Shown one piece after another: positions 1 to 8,013 of a DNA stretch of 42,640 bases; position 1 is the stretch's first letter, and each line of letters starts with the position of its first letter. Below the pieces are notes generated by a model. The model was given only the letters and a program-made list of their open reading frames with translations, was not told where the DNA came from and made no database searches. Both the position numbers and the translations under genes were made by a program. Where the stretch lies: positions 1-42,640 of the IMG/VR virus record IMGVR_UViG_2886212900_000002; one strand, given 5' to 3'. The stretch is from a virus.

Positions 1-78
1 ATTGAACCAGCTACCCGATCCGTACGTAATCACATTCTTGTACCCGTGACTAATCAGATACCGAAGGAATACGTTAAC
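1..78. repeat. Terminal direct repeat, copy A. It is identical to 42563..42640 and marks the overlap of a circularly closed molecule.
   Basis: Base-by-base comparison: attgaaccagctacccgatccgtacgtaatcacattcttgtacccgtgactaatcagataccgaaggaatacgttaac occurs at both window ends. The repeat lies inside a coding frame that stays open across the junction. Confidence 0.9.
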
Positions 79-399
79 TTGGCTGGTCGTGGAATATGGT
101 AAGTCGGATGCTTCAACATCGATTGCAAGTACCGTGGACTTATCTAAGCCCATCTTCTTCACCCATGATAGAAAGTATTGAGCTTCAGCTGTTCCCCGAC
201 CATGGAAGAAGTGGTAAACCCCAACGGTATCAAACACCTTGAATCCATTAGCAATCTGATTGCCAGCCTTGGGACTGAGATAACCAGTTCCTTCTGTTAG
301 CTTGACCATAATCCCATCAGCGCCCCAACCTTTGAGTTGTTTCATGTAAGCCAGGGAATCAGATTGGTATGATGACAGGTCAACAATCTTTTTAGTCAT
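1..399 (-). CDS. Endolysin, N-terminal GH25 muramidase domain. The gene is split by linearisation and continues at 42562..42137.
   Basis: Manual translation of the minus strand from ATG at 399 gives MTKKIVDLSSYQSDSLAYMKQLKGWGADGIMVKLTEGTGYLSPKAGNQIANGFKVFDTVGVYHFFHG...LRYLISHGYKNVITYGSGSWFN, a typical GH25 phage lysin N-terminus. The start overlaps the holin stop (ATGACTAA). The frame runs in phase into ORF 42137..42595. Confidence 0.85.
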   Translation of the reverse strand, partial: MTKKIVDLSSYQSDSLAYMKQLKGWGADGIMVKLTEGTGYLSPKAGNQIANGFKVFDTVGVYHFFHGRGTAEAQYFLSWVKKMGLDKSTVLAIDVEASDLPYSTTSQVNVFLRYLISHGYKNVITYGSGSWFN

Positions 400-820
400 T
401 GTCGTCAGTCCCTTCTGATGGGGTAATGACCTCCGTTGGTGCCGGGGTAACTACTGGGGCATGATTATCCCCACCGGCTGCCTTGTACGTTTGGTAAGCC
501 TTCTCAACCAATCCTGAGATAGTTTGAACATCTAAATCAAAGCCATTGGCCGTTAATTGAGCGTTGACGAAGCGGATTGCTTCCTTCTTACGATCAGACT
601 TAGATAAGCCAGCCATGACTGCCATTTCTGGCACAATCGTATTCGCCAAGTTTAATCCCAATTCTAATCCTTGCTTGACGTGGATATTCTTTTCAGTCTG
701 TACCTTGTGAGTTAATAGTGGTTTTACCAACTTGTACACAGCGGGAATTAACACCATTAAGAAGGCGACTACACCCGCATTATTAAGCCAATTGAACACA
801 TCTGTAATTTCTTTGAACAT
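392..820 (-). CDS. Holin (LL-H-like, single N-terminal TM segment)
   Basis: 142 aa with an N-terminal hydrophobic helix (GVVAFLMVLIPAVYKLV) and a long hydrophilic tail. It sits immediately upstream of, and is translationally coupled to, the lysin. RBS GGAGG lies upstream. Confidence 0.7.
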   Translation of the reverse strand: MFKEITDVFNWLNNAGVVAFLMVLIPAVYKLVKPLLTHKVQTEKNIHVKQGLELGLNLANTIVPEMAVMAGLSKSDRKKEAIRFVNAQLTANGFDLDVQTISGLVEKAYQTYKAAGGDNHAPVVTPAPTEVITPSEGTDDND

Positions 821-876
821 AATATTCCTCCAATTTTGCGTAAATTAAAAGCACTGACTAACTGGCTGAGTAGAAG

Positions 877-1044
877 CTAGTTAGTGGTGCTTGTGGTCGT
901 TGCTTGAGTTGTTGGCACTACATATGTTTTGCCAGTGATCTGCTTGTATTGATCGGAATTAATGAATCCGTTTTCGACATACCATTCAATATTTGGATCC
1001 AAGTAACCGAGTCCGTAGAAAAATGAAATTGTATCAAAGTCCAC
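877..1044 (-). CDS. XkdX-like small protein (55 aa, below the ORF-track cutoff)
   Basis: GTG start 7 nt after AGGAGG. Translation is VDFDTISFFYGLGYLDPNIEWYVENGFINSDQYKQITGKTYVVPTTQATTTSTTN. The W..V..G.I....Y..ITG pattern and the position just before the holin are typical of XkdX-family proteins. Confidence 0.5.
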   Translation of the reverse strand: MDFDTISFFYGLGYLDPNIEWYVENGFINSDQYKQITGKTYVVPTTQATTTSTTN

Positions 1045-1056
1045 TATGATTACCTC

Positions 1057-1503
1057 CTAATTAGTTGCATCTGCATCGGTGCTTTTAGCAGCCACTTGTA
1101 ATTGCGCCAGTTGGCCGCCAATTTTTGCCATTGCCTTATTAGCTTCGTCAACCGTTACTTTTAGCTGTGCTTGGGAACCACCAATTTTAGCGGCCGCCTG
1201 AGCGGTCTGGTCTAGGAGCTTTTTGTACTGAATATTTTGGTCACTGATGGTGTCAACCTGTTTAAGCACCTGGGTGTGCGGGTCATAAGTTACTTCGGCG
1301 TCTGGATCATCCACACACAACATTTGTGGCTTGCCGTCAGAGCCTATGATTTGTTTGCCATTATTATCTAGGGCCGGCGTTTGTTTCATCTTGACCATCT
1401 TCCAGCCGATATACTCGTCCGCCCCATAAGGCACCGGATCTAAGGCATATACGGCATAGCCAGCCGGCTTATCATCCGGTGCGATTGCGTAAATTGTTTT
1501 CAT
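1057..1503 (-). CDS. Hypothetical protein of the tail-fibre/lysis junction, with an internally duplicated AKIGG..AQL coiled segment
   Basis: 148-aa ORF, co-oriented and tightly packed between the receptor-binding protein and the XkdX-like ORF. Confidence 0.5.
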   Translation of the reverse strand: MKTIYAIAPDDKPAGYAVYALDPVPYGADEYIGWKMVKMKQTPALDNNGKQIIGSDGKPQMLCVDDPDAEVTYDPHTQVLKQVDTISDQNIQYKKLLDQTAQAAAKIGGSQAQLKVTVDEANKAMAKIGGQLAQLQVAAKSTDADATN

Positions 1504-1536
1504 GCTTGATAATCTCCTTTGCTTTTTTGATTAAAC

Positions 1537-4173
1537 TTACAAAGCCTTCTTAAGGAGGCGGGAGCCGATAGTGGAGTCCACGTAAGACGACGAGCCGTCG
1601 CCGTACCAGAACCAAAGACCGGAGTAGCCAGCGCCCCAATTCCAGCTGCCACCAGTGTAGACCACATGGTTACCACTGCTAGTAACATAGCTATCGTCAT
1701 GATAGTAAGTGTTGTATCGGTCGTTGTTAGCGGAAGTAGGAGCCTCCACACTTGGATGATCTTTATCAAATCCAAGACCGGTAATGTTTGAACCTATTGG
1801 TTGTAATGAATAATTGAGCTTGTAATAGGGACTTGCGAACATGTCTGACGCATACTTGGTTGCATCATCACACGAGTATAGAGACAAGTTATTAATGTTT
1901 AAGCCGTCTGTCCACATTGCCAAGTTGCCATAGAGATTTTCAATCCCGCGGTAAGTCATTGATCCATAGCCATTACTATGGTTAACGTTGCCGGATGATC
2001 CCTTAATACCGTCAGCGGCGCCAGCGACTTCTGCTCCAGACAGTACGTCATCAGCAACCCCCTTCATAATTGACTGGGAATCTAGCGTGGCAAATTCTAT
2101 TGTAAACAGAGTTTGTAGCGCGTCTAGTGTGTGCACATCCCACAAGTGATAACCCTTCTTACCATCTGTGTTATTAGCAACCGCTGAACTTCTTAGCTGA
2201 ACAATGGTTTGGCTAGTCGTTGGCGTAGCTCCAGTTTTTGACTGTAATTTGCCTGAAATAATCGACCCTTCGTATCGGGAAACATCGACATAGTCTAGCT
2301 CTTTCTTATTGTCAAAATCATAGAAACAGTTTGGGAGATACCAGTCATCGCCTTGCTTAACCAGCGAAACTTGCCAAGTGCTTAATGGTTTATTTTGGGT
2401 TTTACGGATGTAGAATTTTGGTAAGCGAACAAACGCGTTGCCATACGAATCGGTGACGGTTTTGTCCATCAATCCCCATGGACCACGAGTATCAAAGTCG
2501 TTTTGAGCGCCATTGATACCAGCTTTTAGGCCCACCGCAGAATCGGTCCGCTGTAAGGCCCCAGATGATGAGCCATCCCAACTAACGCCGTAAATGTTAC
2601 CGTCCACGGTTGGCAACGGGTCACTGACCGTAAAGTAGTCGCTCGACCCAACTGCATTTTCAGCATTAACGCGGAACAAGTAATCGTTTCCAGCTTCAAT
2701 GCCATCAGTAACCGTCCCAGTAAGGCTATCAGGATTTAATGCGACTTTCGTCCAGTCCGTGCCACCTTGCTTTTGATACTCCAGGCTGTATCCGATGATT
2801 TCAGAGCCACCATCACTTTCTGGTGCCGTGACCGTGTAGTCGAAGCCTTTTTTGCTAACATCGTACTCAGCTGTCAGTGACGGGATTCCTGGTGCCTTCG
2901 CTGTTAGACTCCATTTCCATGTGGTTGTAGTACCGTTATAAGTGAAGCTCCACATCGCCCCGTCTGGGCCGATCCCGTAGCCAGTAACTAAGCCGTCAAA
3001 ATCGCAGAAATATTCTCCAATAAGCGAATGGCCAGTTGGATTATTTTTAGCGTCAATGTCAACTAAGAGCTTGCCGGTATCTTTGGTGCCGATAATTGAT
3101 TTCAGTTTGGTATCCACGTCTTCCCCACTAGCAATCACAAACTTAGCGGAGCCATCGTCACCAGTTAATTTGTGTTTTTGCCAGTTAGAAGTATCAGTAG
3201 TATGGACAACTTTGCTATCGTCAGCTTTGGTTGCAAGCTGTTGCTGTGTTGCATAATTACTTAGGTCCACTTGCGTGCCATCTTTACCGGCTGGTCCTTG
3301 AGGCCCCTGTGGACCGGTTGCTCCATCTTTTCCATCCTTACCGGCTGGTCCTTGAATCTGTCCACAATCCTTCCACGCGTTATTCGTCCAGATATACAGT
3401 TCTTCGGCAACTAAGTAACCATCGCCTTCACTAGCCGTTGCTGGAAGCTGGTAAGTAGTGTCAGCCTTACCTTTAATCTCTAGTCCTTGTCCGGTATCAC
3501 CTTTCGGGCCTTGAATACCTTGGTCACCTTTGTCACCTTTATCACCCTTCGGCCCTTGAGGTCCAGTATCACCAGTTGCACCCGTATCCCCTTTCGGCCC
3601 TTGAATTCCTTGTGGGCCCTGAATTCCTTGTGGCCCTTGCAATGTGGCGACTTTGTTAGTTAAGTCAGTCTTAAGCTGATCAAATTCCTGTTGGAAAGTA
3701 TCAAGACTCATAACCGGAATAACATCTCCAGAATCACTCATAACATTTTCGGTAATCGTGAATCCTTGTGGGTCATCGCTTGGGAAGATGGCGTTGTACG
3801 TAGTCGTAGCAGTAGTCGTTGAGGTGGTTGAACCGTCATCGGTTAAGCCCTCTTGACTACCAGGTGTTACTAGGCTGGACAAGGTCACCCAAACTTCAAT
3901 GGTGTAATCATCGGGTACCAGGGCATTCATGACCTCAGCGTCAACTGGCATGGTAATCAATCCGGCTAATGGCTGCTTAATCGTAGCCATATCAATCGAC
4001 TTAGTGAATACATAACCGGTGTCATTAGCAACCTTTACATCAATGTCCGTTGCATTAGTTAAGTCGAATGCTGAACCGTCTTGGGTAATCGCCAAATTGA
4101 ACGATGCTGTGGTATCGAGGTATTTTACCTCATTGTTACCATCGGTAAAGTACAGTTCTTTACTCACTTGCAC
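1537..4173 (-). CDS. Tail fibre / receptor-binding protein with a BppU-like N-terminus, collagen-like Gly-X-Y tracts, an FN3 domain and a C-terminal putative receptor-binding domain
   Basis: 878 aa. GPQGIQGPQGIQGPKGDTGATGDTGPQGPKGDKGDKGDQGIQGPKGDTG and GPAGKDGKDGATGPQGPQGPAGKDG tracts. FN3-like segment ...SEIIGYSLEYQKQGGTDWTKV...YLFRVNAENAVGSSDY. Located distal in the tail module. Confidence 0.75.
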   Translation of the reverse strand: MQVSKELYFTDGNNEVKYLDTTASFNLAITQDGSAFDLTNATDIDVKVANDTGYVFTKSIDMATIKQPLAGLITMPVDAEVMNALVPDDYTIEVWVTLSSLVTPGSQEGLTDDGSTTSTTTATTTYNAIFPSDDPQGFTITENVMSDSGDVIPVMSLDTFQQEFDQLKTDLTNKVATLQGPQGIQGPQGIQGPKGDTGATGDTGPQGPKGDKGDKGDQGIQGPKGDTGQGLEIKGKADTTYQLPATASEGDGYLVAEELYIWTNNAWKDCGQIQGPAGKDGKDGATGPQGPQGPAGKDGTQVDLSNYATQQQLATKADDSKVVHTTDTSNWQKHKLTGDDGSAKFVIASGEDVDTKLKSIIGTKDTGKLLVDIDAKNNPTGHSLIGEYFCDFDGLVTGYGIGPDGAMWSFTYNGTTTTWKWSLTAKAPGIPSLTAEYDVSKKGFDYTVTAPESDGGSEIIGYSLEYQKQGGTDWTKVALNPDSLTGTVTDGIEAGNDYLFRVNAENAVGSSDYFTVSDPLPTVDGNIYGVSWDGSSSGALQRTDSAVGLKAGINGAQNDFDTRGPWGLMDKTVTDSYGNAFVRLPKFYIRKTQNKPLSTWQVSLVKQGDDWYLPNCFYDFDNKKELDYVDVSRYEGSIISGKLQSKTGATPTTSQTIVQLRSSAVANNTDGKKGYHLWDVHTLDALQTLFTIEFATLDSQSIMKGVADDVLSGAEVAGAADGIKGSSGNVNHSNGYGSMTYRGIENLYGNLAMWTDGLNINNLSLYSCDDATKYASDMFASPYYKLNYSLQPIGSNITGLGFDKDHPSVEAPTSANNDRYNTYYHDDSYVTSSGNHVVYTGGSWNWGAGYSGLWFWYGDGSSSYVDSTIGSRLLKKAL
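3277..3636 (-). repeat. Two in-frame collagen-like (Gly-X-Y)n coding repeat blocks (3277..3354 and 3484..3636)
   Basis: Counted from the protein: residues 180-230 and 274-299 of the 878-aa ORF are uninterrupted G-X-Y triplets. Confidence 0.85.
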
Positions 4174-4399
4174 CGCCTCCTAGGGCATTCGTGGATTCAG
4201 TTTTTAACCGGGTTAGTACCAATCGCTTAAACCCAGCCCACATATCTTCCTTGGTTGACCCAGAGAAGGCTGTAGAAGCTTCATCAGCCGTTGCATCGAA
4301 GTTACCGTAGGCTTGGTGATTGGTACCACTAAAAACGACCGTGTAGACAACGTGAGTGGTGTTATCTGAGTTCTGCTTGACATCTAAACTAGTAATCAT
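4160..4399 (-). CDS. Hypothetical small tail-associated protein
   Basis: 79-aa ORF overlapping both neighbours by a few nt (translational coupling) within the tail-fibre block. Confidence 0.5.
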   Translation of the reverse strand: MITSLDVKQNSDNTTHVVYTVVFSGTNHQAYGNFDATADEASTAFSGSTKEDMWAGFKRLVLTRLKTESTNALGGGASE

Positions 4400-5406
4400 T
4401 GAGCATTCTTCCTTTCTAATTGAGTGATCCGGTAGCTGAGTTCATCTATCCGCTGATTGGACTTCTTTAAGGCTGCCAATAAGATGGAAATGGTATTGGA
4501 CTCGTTTAAGAAGTAATTCCCATTCTCATCAGTGCTAATCATATCGTTGGCAATACTTGCAGTTTTATCTCCAACCTCATTAACGTCATCAATAATCGGG
4601 CCAATATGCTGGGAGTCAGCGGAGTTATCGGAATCCTTGTACTTCCATTTTTTAACATCGGTGTTCATAACAGCAGATAAGGCTTCATCTGGTGAATAAT
4701 CTGTCACATCTCGTTTAGCAGATAAGGCTGACTTCAACTTTGTACCGTTGGAATAAACATCAGCGGCATGGATATCTGTTACACTTCCACCTCCACCTTG
4801 CTTTTCAAGGTATAAGGCACCACTATCATCACACGCTATGGTGTGCCCTTTAATTGATAATCCTTTGCTATTAATTCCGTTTGAAACGTCTAGGGTGATA
4901 ACTCCAGTGTTACCTTCGTTAAGCGTAATCATGCCACCGTAGATATCCGTTGTATACCCATCAATTATGTTACTGGCTTCAAAGCCAGAATTACTCATCG
5001 TGAATTTATCTATCCCTGAATCAATGGTAATCGTGCCACCATTGATGGTACTTCCAGATATGTTGACGCCATTAATATTCCCGGCTTGAACGTTACCTAA
5101 ATTGGCTGATAAGGCTGACAGATATTCAACCGCAAGACTAGTTACGTCCCACTTCTTAAGTGTCCAGCTACCACCAGAATAAAAGTACATTGATGTAGCA
5201 GAATTTCCGCTCATAACCACCCACATATCGCCGTCATTATGCTCTTTACCATCATCAAATGGTGTGCTAGTTGATTCGGTAATCGTGCCATCAAGGGACG
5301 TCTTGAGGTCTTTAATCTTTTCAGCTAAATCACCAGCACTCGTTGAAGCGTCTTGGGCTAACTTGGTGGCTTCATTAATGTCGACTGAACCCGTTGCAAT
5401 AATCAT
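4396..5406 (-). CDS. Tail fibre/spike protein with a C-terminal S74-type intramolecular chaperone (auto-processing) domain
   Basis: The C-terminus ...SALSAKRDVTDYSPDEALSAVMNTDVKKWKYKD...HIGPIIDDVN...ILLAALKKSNQRIDELSYRITQLE matches the peptidase_S74 chaperone pattern. Confidence 0.6.
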   Translation of the reverse strand: MIIATGSVDINEATKLAQDASTSAGDLAEKIKDLKTSLDGTITESTSTPFDDGKEHNDGDMWVVMSGNSATSMYFYSGGSWTLKKWDVTSLAVEYLSALSANLGNVQAGNINGVNISGSTINGGTITIDSGIDKFTMSNSGFEASNIIDGYTTDIYGGMITLNEGNTGVITLDVSNGINSKGLSIKGHTIACDDSGALYLEKQGGGGSVTDIHAADVYSNGTKLKSALSAKRDVTDYSPDEALSAVMNTDVKKWKYKDSDNSADSQHIGPIIDDVNEVGDKTASIANDMISTDENGNYFLNESNTISILLAALKKSNQRIDELSYRITQLERKNAQ

Positions 5407-7997
5407 CCTTCGACCACCTCCTGATAAGTCTCACCATCATCAATATTGAAAGCAGAATCGTCATCACTGGCACTATCTGAGTCGTCAGTATCATCAGGGA
5501 TTACCACAGGTTGTTCTACCTCGGTATTTTCTCCCTCATCTTCAGCTGGGTAAGTGACGGCTAAGTCCTTGCTATCATCACGGATACCAATTGGAATTGA
5601 CCATAATCCCGAGTGACTAATCATGACAGTATGAGCCGTGTCTCGGTACTCGCTGACGTTGAATCCAATTATTAGCTGGTCATGAGCCAAGTCCGGGTAT
5701 ACCCCTTCTGGTTCAAAATGGCCACCGTACTCAATCGGTACAGACAGCTGAATATCCTGTGAAGGCTCAATCTGGTAATTAAAAATGACTGACTGAGTAA
5801 TGAGATTGATACACATTACTAGTCGGTCATCCTTGTTGTTGACGTCCCCAGCGGTAAAGAAGGCGTATGGGTAGGCAATTGAATTGGCTTGTATCGTGTT
5901 GTATTTTCCATTGTTAGTCACACCCGAGGGTACCGGATTCCAGCCAAAGTCTTGTAACTTGAAGCGAATAGTTGGGAAATAATGGCCAGCTTTCAAATCC
6001 GAGATATTACATACTTCTACCGTGCCATCCATCTGACTCCCGATCCATAGACCATTTGTTAAATCAACGTTAGGTCTCACGTAAGTTTCCATTTCACACC
6101 ATTTTGTTACCGTGCTGGAACCACTATTGATTACAGCGTGTGGGGTATATGGGAAGGTTGCTAACCATTTCTTGCCACCACTTAAATCCTTAATCTGGGA
6201 GTATATGAGGTTGTTGGCTTCATCGTAACCAAAGGAAGAGCCATGTTGACCACCTTGTACAATCATGGAATTAATTAGCTTGCCATCAGCACTCCAATGT
6301 AGGTATTGGCAATCGCTTAGATTGGACTGATTTTGCTTTCCTTTGTACGCATAGCTGGCAAGTACCTCACCATTACTCATTTTGTAAGAAAATTGCAATG
6401 CCCCAACGTGATTATTGCCGAACTCATCAGGGTTACCATCAGTGGTCTCCCACAGCTTGTTGAAGGTACCGTCAGCGTTGGCTCCAGTATCTATCCACAT
6501 TTCTGACTCATCTTTAACGAAGGCGTCATCAATTGATACGATTAAGCTACCAACAAATGGTGGGGTAATGGTGACTTCATAGCCATCCTTAGCATGTTCT
6601 GCTTCCCAAGTCAGATTATGAGTCCCGTCTTGTTGGACGTATTCCCAGTTGAAAGCCGCCACTGATAAGAATGACGTAACATTCTCACCTTCAATGAATA
6701 ACCGGGCAATTACTCGCTTACTGGTATCAGTATTCGTCCATGATTGTCCCAGTGGGGTAATTAAGCTGATACTAGCAGCATTTTGGTTCTTTTTGGCATC
6801 TTCAAACAGTTTTTTTACGTGGTCATTCCACCGCTGTTCCATGTTTTTAATGAAATTGGGAGTCACGACTGTAACCGTTGAGAACTCCCCGATGACTACC
6901 TTATTTTGAGTTGGGTCACTCTCGGAAGTCGTCCGTTGAATAACTCTGGCTTGCAAAGTTAATACTGGACTCATTGTCAGGTCGATTACCTTAATGGTAT
7001 CACCTAGTTGAGCGTCAAAATCACTGGTTACATCAACGGAATAATTGACCCGCGGGTGGTTATACAGTCTGAGTGTCTTCAATCCCAGCGATAGTAAGGC
7101 ATCGGGTTCACTGACCGTAGAACTGGTAATACTACCTTCTAACCAAGTGTTGGCATCGTTGTTGTACAGGCTATTAGCGGCGGCATCAGTGACAAAATTA
7201 CGACCACCGTTGCCCTTAGCTGTACTGATTGAGGCACCACCGGAACCATAGACATACAGTTTGGTAATCAAGGTAGTATCGACCGTTTCCCGCTTAATAC
7301 TAAGCATGTTGTCACCATAAGTGATACGTCTACCAGTATTCTGTCCCCGTTGGTCGGATAATTCCAGAATGGTATCTGTCACAATCCCAGAACTATCTAA
7401 TTTTACGTACCCATCAGCCTCACAATCGTAGGTCGTCAGGATTGTCTGCAATAATGTTTGGGAAGATGATTCCCCATCAATGGAAAAATCTGAAAGTAGC
7501 CCAGAAGTTGCATTATCCACCAGGGTTATCCCTGTACCCGCAATAATCCAGTTCATAGCCGCTGGCAAGGTACACTCTTTAATCTCTTTTTTTGTGGGAA
7601 TTGTCTTCCCTAGTCGCCAGATTAAGAGGTTAATAGCATCGGCTGAAATAAGGTTAGTTCCAGAGGTGTTATCCATGGTCTCATCAACTGTATATATCCG
7701 GTAAACCCGCCAGCGATCATTCGCTTGGTCGTAAGCCGCTAAGTGATTTCCTACTCTCAGATATTGGGCCGCTGGACTATCTGCTACCATGGTGAGACCG
7801 GTAAAGGTATCATTCCAACTCTTAGAATTAGCGTTGGGGTCAGAGGTGTTGGCTAGACTGGCTTCAGTAATGCTATCGTTTGAGCTATTATCATCGGCAA
7901 GTTGTTGCTGAATAGTCTCACCCCAGAATATATTCGTATCAGTCGCCGTATCTAAGGTGGCGACTCGTTTGAGGTTCTTATCAAGAATGACGTACAC
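5403..7997 (-). CDS. Tail-associated lysin / baseplate hub protein (Tal-like minor structural protein)
   Basis: 864 aa directly downstream of Dit, the canonical position. N-terminal MYVILDKNLKRVATLD...WGETI pattern of the siphovirus Tal / prophage tail endopeptidase N-terminal region. Acidic C-terminal tail. Confidence 0.65.
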   Translation of the reverse strand: MYVILDKNLKRVATLDTATDTNIFWGETIQQQLADDNSSNDSITEASLANTSDPNANSKSWNDTFTGLTMVADSPAAQYLRVGNHLAAYDQANDRWRVYRIYTVDETMDNTSGTNLISADAINLLIWRLGKTIPTKKEIKECTLPAAMNWIIAGTGITLVDNATSGLLSDFSIDGESSSQTLLQTILTTYDCEADGYVKLDSSGIVTDTILELSDQRGQNTGRRITYGDNMLSIKRETVDTTLITKLYVYGSGGASISTAKGNGGRNFVTDAAANSLYNNDANTWLEGSITSSTVSEPDALLSLGLKTLRLYNHPRVNYSVDVTSDFDAQLGDTIKVIDLTMSPVLTLQARVIQRTTSESDPTQNKVVIGEFSTVTVVTPNFIKNMEQRWNDHVKKLFEDAKKNQNAASISLITPLGQSWTNTDTSKRVIARLFIEGENVTSFLSVAAFNWEYVQQDGTHNLTWEAEHAKDGYEVTITPPFVGSLIVSIDDAFVKDESEMWIDTGANADGTFNKLWETTDGNPDEFGNNHVGALQFSYKMSNGEVLASYAYKGKQNQSNLSDCQYLHWSADGKLINSMIVQGGQHGSSFGYDEANNLIYSQIKDLSGGKKWLATFPYTPHAVINSGSSTVTKWCEMETYVRPNVDLTNGLWIGSQMDGTVEVCNISDLKAGHYFPTIRFKLQDFGWNPVPSGVTNNGKYNTIQANSIAYPYAFFTAGDVNNKDDRLVMCINLITQSVIFNYQIEPSQDIQLSVPIEYGGHFEPEGVYPDLAHDQLIIGFNVSEYRDTAHTVMISHSGLWSIPIGIRDDSKDLAVTYPAEDEGENTEVEQPVVIPDDTDDSDSASDDDSAFNIDDGETYQEVVEG

Positions 7998-8013
7998 ACG
8001 TCTTAGCTCCTTT

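Noticed and set aside
1500-1775. 91-aa minus-strand ORF overlapping the 3' end of the receptor-binding protein gene
   Set aside because: It is an alternative frame within the well-supported 878-aa gene, with a low-complexity hydrophobic translation and no RBS.
3056-3434. Plus-strand ORFs of 60-131 aa antisense to structural genes, at 3056..3434 and many other sites (for example 6649..6909, 7045..7251, 8947..9219, 11397..11762, 12792..13187, 18186..18524, 19972..20241, 28789..29178)
   Set aside because: All lie antisense within long, tightly packed minus-strand genes, lack an RBS and have low-complexity translations. They are typical shadow ORFs.
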